Assembly: GCA_002633005.1 (NCBI GenBank)
Contig: NMRA01000437.1
Location: 278,330 to 342,329 of the forward strand
Length of the DNA stretch: 64,000 bases
DNA from: Phoronis australis
Lineage: Eukaryota > Animalia > Phoronida
Reading direction: 5' to 3'
Under the pieces are notes generated by a model. It saw only the letters and a program-made list of their open reading frames with translations, ran no database searches and was not told the DNA's origin. Within the stretch, counting starts at the first letter, position 1, and every line of letters begins with the position of its first letter. Below are positions 1 to 9,467 of this stretch, piece by piece. The translations under genes and the position numbers were made by a program.

Positions 1-1854
1 GTGACGACGACGATGATGACTACAAAATCGATCGCAATAAGATCGGCAACTTCATTAAAGGCATTATTGACAGATACGGACGTAGGTCTACATTGGCTCC
101 CATCTCTGGACGCAGCACTACTGCGCAGCCACACCGTGTTCGGTGTTACCAATGCAAAGACGAGTATTCCTCAAGGAAATGCAAGTCATATACTACAACC
201 TGCGCAGAGGGAGAAGTCTGCTCTGCTACGTACGAACTATTCAAGTCTGGAAAATACTTTCAGACTTCCAAAGGTTGTACCAGTAGAAGGGTAGGTGAGG
301 CAAAGAAATGTTTGAAACGGCACCTTCGTCCAACCTTATCGACAATATGAAGACTGTGCCAATTAATTTGTGCTTTAAATGCGCACCTTCTGTGCGGCTT
401 TAAATTATTGCATTGATTCGTATCCAGCGGAAGTTTTATGTGCTCAAAACCAAAGCTACATGAACAAAACGTCATGCCATGGCACTAAATTTACGGTTTA
501 GCATTTTTCACAAAATTACTAATGGAAGGTGAAGCTAGGACAGCAGAAAGGGAGGACAAAATTAAAAATGCGACGGACGGACAAGAAGCAAAGCTGAGGG
601 AGTTGTAAAAGTGACGCCATTTGATTGTTGGATTTAGCACGTCGTTAAAACTTTGGTCGAATACCAACATTTCAAATGAGCTTCGTTGACAATGCCGCAG
701 CAACTGTATTTTAATGAAGAGGAAGCCATGTATTTTTAGGAGCTGGATACATATTACAACAATTTTTGTTTTGCTGGCGGAGTACATCTTTAGAAGATCT
801 GTTGTGGCATCAAAGAGAATGACATTTTAGCTTTTGATAGAACAATGGCACTCAATATCTCTACATGAAATCGCAAAATGAAAATTAGGCCAACCGTCAA
901 ATCACGAGGCCGTCCTTTCCAATTCACGTCCGTTTTCCATATTTTCTATCCGTCTTTCCCATCGACAGTCCGCGTTCCACATTGGGTGATCAAGTCTGTT
1001 AAGTTGTGCTCTATTCTATTCTATACTATGTTTAAATGCTGTCACCATTACGTGTAATCCAAGAAAGGATATCAAAAATGACGCCTTTTTTCTGCTTTGA
1101 AGTAGCGCAATGTGTTTCTATCAGAGATGCAGGTCATACCTTGAGAATAACGACAAGCGATGTTTCGACGGTCTTCTATATGGCGAGTGCACCTACTGCT
1201 GTGAAGGGGATCTGTGTAATAAGGACATACACTCAGTGTTTGGCAACAAGGCAAGGTCAGGTACGTAACCATGACACAATGAATTGGGCGAGTCATTGCT
1301 GTTTGCCCAACTAGTACAATTACCGTTGGAGCTACGCCTGCCGTTGCCAAAGACGCTGCTGCTGTTTTTACTAATACATGTTGCACCAGATTGACTTCTG
1401 TAAACGGAAAGATTCTGGCAAAAATTTTTTTCTTTGCACAATGTTTATGTTTTTTGATATTTTACCATTTTGCCTAGTATACACAACAGTTGCGTCGTTG
1501 TACGATTTTCACTTTGCAGGCTTCACCTGTCTTTTTCACGTCCCGTATTTTTCGTATTTCAGTAAATTGTGGAAAGTGGGGAAGGTGGTCGAGTTGCGGA
1601 ACAGACTGCATACGGAAACGATATAGAACGTGTAGCCTTAAATACGAATACGGTAAGCAAGGTGTTATGAAGTCAAGAGGTACATTTAAATTGATATCGA
1701 TCGCTCCTTTCATACCCCTCTTGCTGTCCCTCTTTCGCTTTCCTCCCTCCAGCCCTCTCTTCCTCCCTCCAGCCATCCCTCCCTCCAGCCGTCCCTCCAT
1801 CCTTGTCCCTCCCTCTCTCGCCCTAACTCCCTCCCTCCCTTTCTCCTTCCTCCC

Positions 1855-1885
<31 letters not shown>

Positions 1886-4800
1886 TTGATAATTGTACAC
1901 AGTATAAAATGTTCCCAAAATTTATCTAAGCCCACATTCTTGTTTCAGATAGTAAGCATTTTGGTCGCACAAAGCGTTCATGGAGCTTTGACTATGGAGC
2001 TAAAATATTTGGGAGAAGCTATGACAGCAGTAAAAATAAAAAGCCATCAAAACACAAATTTGTCCAACTTGCTAAAAAAGTTGAAAGTGAAACAAGTTAT
2101 TGCTCATGCTACAAAACCACAACACCAAAAACAACCACAACACCAACAACTACCACAACACCAACCACCACCACAACACCAACAACAACCACAACACCAA
2201 CAACCACCACAACACCAACCACCACCACAACACCAACAACAACCACAACACCAACAACAACAACCACAACACCAACGACAACCACAACACCAACAACAAC
2301 CTCCGTGGCCCCTAAAGCAACCAGAAAACTAACAACTACAACACCGNCAACATCGACAACCACCAAACCACCACCAACAACAACGACACCAACAACAACA
2401 ACCATAACACCAACAACAACCACAATCCCAACAACAACCACAACACTAACAACAAGCTCCGTGGCCCCTAAAGCAACCAGAAAACTTACAACTACAACAC
2501 CAAAAACAACCACACTACCAGCCACTACAATACCAACAACCAACACAACATCAACAACCACCAAAAAACAAACAACTACCACAATACCAACAACAACCAC
2601 GACACCACCAACAACAACACCAACAGCAACCACAACACCAACAACAACCACAACACCAACAACAACNNNNNNNNNNNNNNNNNNNNNNNNNNNNNNNNNN
2701 NNNNNNNNNNNNNNNNNNNNNNNNNNNNNNNNNNNNNNNNNNNNNNNNNNNNNNNNNNNNNNNNNNNNNNNNNNNNNNNNNNNNNNNNNNNNNNNNNNNN
2801 NNNNNNNNNNNNNNNNNNNNNNNNNNNNNNNNNNNNNNNNNNNNNNNNNNNNNNNNNNNNNNNNNNNNNNNNNNNNNNNNNNNNNNNNNNNNNNNNNNNN
2901 NNNNNNNNNNNNNNNNNNNNNNNNNNNNNNNNNNNNNNNNNNNNNNNNNNNNNNNNNNNNNNNNNNNNNNNNNNNNNNNNNNNNNNNNNNNNNNNNNNNN
3001 NNNNNNNNNNNNNNNNNNNNNNNNNNNNNNNNNNNNNNNNNNNNNNNNNNNNNNNNNNNNNNNNNNNNNNNNNNNNNNNNNNNNNNNNNNNNNNNNNNNN
3101 NNNNNNNNNNNNNNNNNNNNNNNNNNNNNNNNNNNNNNNNNNNNNNNNNNNNNNNNNNNNNNNNNNNNNNNNNNNNNNNNNNNNNNNNNNNNNNNNNNNN
3201 NNNNNNNNNNNNNNNNNNNNNNNNNNNNNNNNNNNNNNNNNNNNNNNNNNNNNNNNNNNNNNNNNNNNNNNNNNNNNNNNNNNNNNNNNNNNNNNNNNNN
3301 NNNNNNNNNNNNNNNNNNNNNNNNNNNNNNNNNNNNNNNNNNNNNNNNNNNNNNNNNNNNNNNNNNNNNNNNNNNNNNNNNNNNNNNNNNNNNNNNNNNN
3401 NNNNNNNNNNNNNNNNNNNNNNNNNNNNNNNNNNNNNNNNNNNNNNNNNNNNNNNNNNNNNNNNNNNNNNNNNNNNNNNNNNNNNNCACAACGCCTACAA
3501 CCACCACAACGCCTACAACCACCACAACGCCGACAACCACCACAACGCCAACAACCACCACAACGCCGACAACAACTACAACTCTGAGGACAACAACGCC
3601 CATCACAGGTGTGAGGCATTATTATTCTGCTACTATTGTCATTTCACAATTTTCCTGCTGTAAAAGCTCAGAGCCAATTTGTGGGTAGGCTATTTATCAA
3701 GTGCAAAAAGCACAACTTTTCTTGAGTGTTTCGAGATGCCTATAATTATTGTAGCAGTTTTGAATATTACATAAAGCATAACCTTGTTGAAAGCAATTCA
3801 TCAGGTAGCGTCTTTAGTGTGATAAGGGTTCGACATGCCTTTTGGATGCAGAATAGGAGATTACCCATAGATTCGGGAGTATCATTGACGTGACTAACTA
3901 GGGTGCAGTTGGTAACTAGAGAGGTCAGGTTGACATTGAAGAATAACTGATGAAGGTGGGTGCCAGTAAAGTAGGATCCAAGTCATAAGTTTCGCACCTA
4001 CCTGTTACATCTCTTGCCAACCAGTGTGTCACGTTCATCCAGTTGTTCAACGTTAACGAGAGGGATCTTTACTTATCTTCAATTTTATTTTCTGGTTACC
4101 CAGGCCCAGCTTGCTTCGAATGTAACAGAAAGGCAGCAGACGGTGATTGCATTGAGACTCTTGTGAAGTGCCCATTTGATAAACCTTATTGTCTGAACAG
4201 CGTTTATGATGACGGGGAGGGTAACAGGAAGATTCAAAAGCGGTAAATATGCAATGCTCAATTTCGACTTGGCAGTAAGCCTATTGTTCATTTAAGAGTA
4301 CTTTGCCTTCAAATCCGTGAAATACTGTCTCCGTTGAAAAATTATGGGTAGCTATGTATATTGGAGAAGCAAAACCATGGGGGGGGGGGGCATGTGACGG
4401 CATAGACACCCGTGGAATACACGTGGCAAGAAATTTTTGTATCGAGCAGAAACCGTGAATTTTATCCCAATGTTAGGCATTTTGGACAGTTTGGCAGTAT
4501 AAATACCTGAGTGGCAGCCATTGTAGTAAACTACACTGGTAAGGTCTCACTGAAACGTACTTGCGAAACACGTGCCTTGCACACGCGTGACTGTGCGAAC
4601 TCGCTTTCCTCACACTAAACTTAAAGTGTGGAACGCACCCCACGACATGACTGCAAATCTATGTGTTATACGACAAACTCTTGTTTAGGAGCCATCTTCC
4701 TCATCATGATCGTCTTTGGTATCACAGTGACTATCATGACCAGCACCACCATCACCATCGTCACTACCATCATTGTCATCATTTTAGGCGCTGATAACCG

Positions 4801-5163
4801 TTGAGATACATCTAAAATTTGCCACTGGTAATAACAGTCGTTCTACAACTATCTACATGTATTGAGATCTTTAGTACTCTCGATCAGTTGTAAACCTAAA
4901 CAAGGACGCCATGAATTGAGCGTTTGCACATTTGCGTAATTAATTCACGGTTTGATTTAAATTCCAGCTGTGTCAACCTCGATCAGTGCCGGAACGATTG
5001 GTGGCTGATGACGTATTTCAATTCTAAATGTGACGTCATCCCTGACAAAGGACCGATAGATTCTGACCGCAACCCGTTGTCGTGTCACTACTGTTGTCAT
5101 GGCGAGCAGGGATGCAACAAGCCAGTCATACCGGAAGACGATTTCTTGTTTTATGATTGGTAA
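1..5163 (+). CDS. Mucin-like protein (5'-partial, probably secreted): Ly6/uPAR three-finger domain, TSP1-like motif, Thr/Pro-rich mucin domain, second Ly6 domain
   Basis: Phase-consistent exons <1-290, 1125-1260, 1563-1652, 1949-3608 (contains N gap), 4104-4242, 4968-5163, all with GT/AG boundaries. The translation gives RCYQC...KGCTSRR/RCRSY...CTYCCEGDLCN (Ly6 CCxxxxCN end), then CGKWGRWSSCGTDCIRKRYRTC (TSP1 WxxWSxC..RxRxC), then (PTTTTT)n, then ACFECN...CHYCCHGEQGCNKP, stop TAA 5161-5163. The N-terminus, including any signal peptide, lies outside the window. Confidence 0.8.
1715..1885. repeat. Polypyrimidine (CCT/CT)n low-complexity tract in an intron
   Basis: ccctccctcc...ctctctctctct run between mucin exons 1563-1652 and 1949-3608. 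Confidence 0.85.
2116..3607 (+). repeat. Coding tandem repeat (about 18-bp PTTTTT units) of the mucin domain
   Basis: ACA/ACC/CCA-rich 18-mers before the gap and ACG/CCT/CCG-containing 18-mers after it. The higher-order unit SVAPKATRKL occurs at 2301-2330 and 2457-2486. Confidence 0.9.
2667..3486. other. Assembly gap (820 N) inside the mucin repeat
   Basis: Run of N. The Thr reading frame differs on the two sides, so the gap size is only an estimate. Confidence 0.99.
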
Positions 5164-6679
5164 ACGAACGGATGTCATCGACGCCAGTCAGTGGTTAGAT
5201 TAGTGAGTGATGATAAGGGAAAAGGTTTTAAATACATTGGAGAACTATAATCGAAAGTAGGATTGTTTATTTATATGTAACTGCAAGGAGAGAGACGCAG
5301 ATTCTCTGAAATATCACCTTATACGGGATTTCAAACGGCAGCAAGTTCAAGGTCAATTAGAACTTATAAGGAATAGTTATCTCCTTTAAATCGACCCTTA
5401 GCTTTCAAATGTTTCAGTTTTGATAACATAACTTAATGTAGTACATGTACATACACAGATGTCACTGATTTGCAACAAATGGCAACTTTTGAATATGTTT
5501 CCAAATGAGTTAGAAATTTACCCGTTCTCCCTTGTTGTCCGACAAGTCTTTTAGACAATAAATCAACATTTAATCAGTTATTTTGTTTTACTTTATGCTT
5601 AGACTAGATGACAAGTCATACTGGAGAATATCATTTTACTACACGCCCACCCTGAGATAACCACAATGATAACGAAATTGTTACTGACATCATTTCATGA
5701 GCATACTAAGCTGGGATTTATTTTCAGTATGTCCACAAGGGTGAAGTTAATAAAAGAATAAATTAAATTAATAATGATAGAAAATGAAAAACACATTATC
5801 GGTGCTGAAAGGGAAGGGAATCACTACAGGTAACAAATGGAAATTGTCTTACCGTTTCTTCTTGAAATCGTCATGGCAACCAATTCCTTTATGAACATCG
5901 CAAAGAGCATTCCATTTCTTCACACCAGAACTAGAAGCAAAATGATTTTGAAATTAAAAATGTCTGTGCATTGGCAAGGTTGTCCAAACACGAGAATTCA
6001 ATTTGCCTTTGATAGACAGCTAGAACTAGAAGAATACTAAAACCGCAAAAAGTTTCGGGGGTACTTGGACGACTTACTCTTGCCTGTACATCAATCCAAA
6101 CCTACGTCGTATCAATCGAATTCACAGTGTACAATTTTACAAATCAATCCCGTCATTATCATCCACGTACAGGACTACGCGTATATCATGCCGACGGAGC
6201 ATAACCCTGTGGATTATCGAATTTCTTTGAAGTTGCAAGCATATTTAACAAGCGTTTGAGTCACAATAGCGTTGCGTCACAACGGTAACTATAGGCAACA
6301 AGTGGAAGAGCAAAGCAACGTCGTTGAGGATTTTCCCTTGATTTGAGACGGGGTTGGTTTACCAGTGTGCCTCATGGATTGCCATCCGTGAGGCATGAAA
6401 GTGTTAAGGTTTGTTTAAAGAAGCTACTCAGACCTTTACGAGTTGACAAGTCATGAACTTGTAGATAAAGTAAAACTCATGAGCACAACAGGCATTTGCT
6501 ACAGTACCGGCTCCAGACTTAGCTTAGCTGGCCAAGCCTCGTGATCAAAATATGTGAACAAGTCATCAGACGCGAAACTTACGGCATGGATTGTACATGT
6601 GTCCGAAAAGAGTCATCTTTGAAGGACTTTAAAGACAAGTCCGTACATTTACACAAATATCTGCAAAACTACAGAATTT

Positions 6680-6870
6680 GACTCAGTAAAAGTACATATT
6701 TTCTGTTTGCTCAAAACCTGTACAATAAGAGTTTCGACTTTATACCAAACTTTCAATATTTGGATCACGTGACCATGTATTTTAATAAAATTTAGTAAAA
6801 AAAAGTACAGCCGTTGCAATAAGCGGCAGTGTAATGGCATGACCAAATTCCGTCTGATATTAATGCTCAT
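6680..6870 (+). repeat. Interspersed repeat fragment, related to a copy at about 57480-57660
   Basis: Collinear similar blocks: tcagtaaaagt; ttggatcacgtgaccatgtattttaataaaatttagtaaaaa vs ttgggtgacatgaccatgtctttttaatataaattagcaaaaa; atgaccaaattc in both. Confidence 0.5.
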
Positions 6871-7747
6871 TACGAAATTTCAAAAACGTTGTTATAGTAT
6901 TATTAATCATTGTTTCGTTTTCTTTTTATGAAACTTTTGATAATAGTCATGAAAGCCGTATTTTGGTAGCCCATTATGCAAAAGTGGAACATTCTAGAAA
7001 CAAGTCCTTCAGTGTTTCAACGAGCAGTGCATCAAACGCAGTATCTGAAAGTTTCATATGAATCCAATCAGTTTAAAAAGTATGATGACAGATTTTTATT
7101 AGCCAGAAATTACAAAACCTTGTGGATTTCTGCTTTGTCGAAGAATTTCAGAATGACTGCAGAAAAGTGTGAAAATGTTGAGCCTTTTACAGCTCATTTT
7201 TGTAAAATTGCTTCTGTGCTTAGATTGACAAGCTTCAAAATGTATTGGTGTCAAACGTAGCTTACTAAACTCGGACAATATCTGCTGAGTAAACTAAAAA
7301 ATGTCGAATCTTTATGAATGTTACACTCTAATCTATTTTCTTTTAAGGGCTTACATGATTTGATAAAACAAACATGGTTCTGTTAAGTATTGTATATGAT
7401 CTAGGTTTTTTAATTTTAATTCGACGGCGAATAACCACCTTATCAGATCTTGTAAACAGTATATTATGTTTCGAGAATTGTATGCAGTCTATTTTAACAC
7501 GTGGGTCTGAGACCACCACTTGACAAACCTTGACTGAAACTTTACTTCAAGATTCACACAAAATTTCCATTGCCATGCGACCAGATCAGTCAAGACTTCG
7601 TGCTGTTGGTGTCGTTTGCCTCAAGTCATTTTTCCTACAACGACGGACGCATGTGTAAACGTTGTGCCTGTTTATTTCATCAACTCATTTGCTTATTTGA
7701 TTGTTGCAGAGAAGACCTCATGAGCTGCACCTTTGACTCATCACGAT

Positions 7748-8623
7748 ATGAGTAAACCACACCACCACCACCATCATCATCATCACTGTCACGAGGAAAA
7801 TGCGGAAAACCACAACAACAGCCAACAACCCAACGTAAATTATCAACCATATCCAACCAACCAGTGGCCTCAACCACAGCCATTGTGGCCTCACCAGTAC
7901 AACAACAACAACTTTCAGCAACTTGGTGACTGGACTCAACAGGCACAACAGCCTTATAACCAATGGATGCAACAACAGCAACACCAGTGGCCTGTCCCTC
8001 TACAACAACAACAACAACAACCACAGTGGCAACAGCAACTTAACAATAATAACTACCAACAAACTGGCGAATGGAATTACCAGTATCAGCCATATCCTGC
8101 GTATCAATGGCCGCAGCAACAATGGCCACAACAACAATGGCCACAGCCGCAATGGCCTCAGCAACAATGGCCTCAGCAACAATGGCCTCAGCAACAATGG
8201 CCCCAAGAACAATGGCAGATGCAGTGGCCTCAGCCTCAAGGCTGGGAGCAGCCTCCTCAACAGAGCACCATCTCCGCGCCCGTTCAGCAATTTCAGCCGG
8301 CGCTGGGTCTGGTGCCTACACCCGGTGGCATGTGCCACCACCAGCCTTTGACGCCGTACTCGAACCTCCCGCTGATGGTACAGTTGCGACTCCACCAGGA
8401 CACACCTGAGTACGAACAAATGCAGATGGACGGGCATCGATACCACGAGCTCCAGAACGAGTTGCATCAGATGCACGCGAACAAGCGCCACACGCACGGT
8501 CACCAACACAACACACAAAACTTGCATGCTCATCAACACCAGCACCAGCCGGCCACAATGCCGCCCATCCAGCCACAGATGTACCCTCAGCAGTACCAGT
8601 GGCAACCTAACCAACCATTCTAG
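7748..8623 (+). CDS. Orphan low-complexity His/Gln/Trp/Pro-rich protein (291 aa) with QWPQQ pentapeptide repeats
   Basis: ATG at 7748 (in-frame TGA upstream at 7721) to TAG 8621-8623. Features include MSKP-H9-CH, many QWP/QPY motifs and mixed CAA/CAG synonymous codons. An acceptor ttgttgcag ending 7709 may open the exon in the 5' UTR. Confidence 0.65.
   Translation: MSKPHHHHHHHHHCHEENAENHNNSQQPNVNYQPYPTNQWPQPQPLWPHQYNNNNFQQLGDWTQQAQQPYNQWMQQQQHQWPVPLQQQQQQPQWQQQLNNNNYQQTGEWNYQYQPYPAYQWPQQQWPQQQWPQPQWPQQQWPQQQWPQQQWPQEQWQMQWPQPQGWEQPPQQSTISAPVQQFQPALGLVPTPGGMCHHQPLTPYSNLPLMVQLRLHQDTPEYEQMQMDGHRYHELQNELHQMHANKRHTHGHQHNTQNLHAHQHQHQPATMPPIQPQMYPQQYQWQPNQPF
8105..8230 (+). repeat. 15-bp coding tandem repeat (caatggcctcagcaa consensus) encoding QWPQQ
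   Basis: About 7-8 units: QWPQQ QWPQQ QWPQP QWPQQ QWPQQ QWPQQ QWPQE QWQM. Confidence 0.9.
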
Positions 8624-9329
8624 ACAGGTGCGGAAAGAGAAATTTTGTGAAAAGACGGGTTTAATCAGCAACTTTTTGCCAACTGCAGTGCTTGAGGTCA
8701 TCACCAAACCCTCACGTAAGTCTGAGACGATCGAAACCTGCGGACCTCAAGTACTTTTAAGATGTCAGAATGTCGCGAATGAGCAACAAAAAGGATCGTG
8801 ATAGTTCTTGTTTTTGTTCAAAAGTACAATTAAACTTTTTACGGTTAGAGACTTCTGAGATACCTGCAATGGATGATAGGGCACCGGCCAAGACAGCACA
8901 ACTAAACAATGAAACTAGAGAACGTATACCTTCAGTTTTAGCCAACAGATGACGAGGAACATGTATACACGTATCAATCAATTCTCTGACCGTAAAGAGT
9001 TTCCTCATTGTATACATATGTCGTTGGCGTTACCACACGTAGGTCAATCAAAACGTTAAAGCGGGTCAAGAGAAAGTGTAGACGTTATTATCAGAATACG
9101 GAGTGTGGTGCGGTATGCAATTCTAACAATTAGCCACAGGAATAAAGAAAGGCCTTGACAGGGTTACCTCAGGGTTACCGGTAGTAAAAATGTTATCCAC
9201 AGGTTTGACTATTACATGGGACCAAATAGATTGTTCAGCTATGGAACGAGCTGGCGACAGTGTGACGTTGTTCAGCGTACTAGCCTTTTTAGGCCTACTG
9301 TTCGGTATCCCAGAGTAGTTGTTCCATTT

Positions 9330-9467
9330 CCTATAAGCGGACGATTTTACGTACTTCATTGCGAATGTGAGCTCTAGCTCATTCCATTCGTAGCTAGGTC
9401 CGTCCACATGAGTGTTCATCCACTCAGTCGCGGCGCCAAAAATTTCACACACCAACCTCACTCCCAT
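9330..9467 (-). mobile_element. Possible degenerate retrotransposon gag-like fragment
   Basis: GAATEWMNTHVDGPSYEWNELELTFAMKY resembles the GxAxxW...WxxLxxxFxxxY pattern of Ty3/gypsy gag. No LTR or pol was seen. Confidence 0.22.

Noticed and set aside
1490-2332. 280-aa ORF with QHQQPP repeats and antisense poly-Val/Cys ORFs (2109-3619)
   Set aside because: These are alternative-frame and antisense shadows of the Thr-rich mucin exon, an intron CT tract and the N gap.
3885-4035. CTGATGA followed by a stem (aggtgggtgc/gcacctacct), hammerhead-like
   Set aside because: The stem is followed by GTTA, not the required GAAA core. At most a degenerate inverted repeat.
7923-8707. Overlapping ORFs (NNGLS, MASAT and LLLRP repeats)
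   Set aside because: These are frame and strand shadows of the 15-bp QWPQQ repeat. Third-position variation fits the Q/W/P frame.
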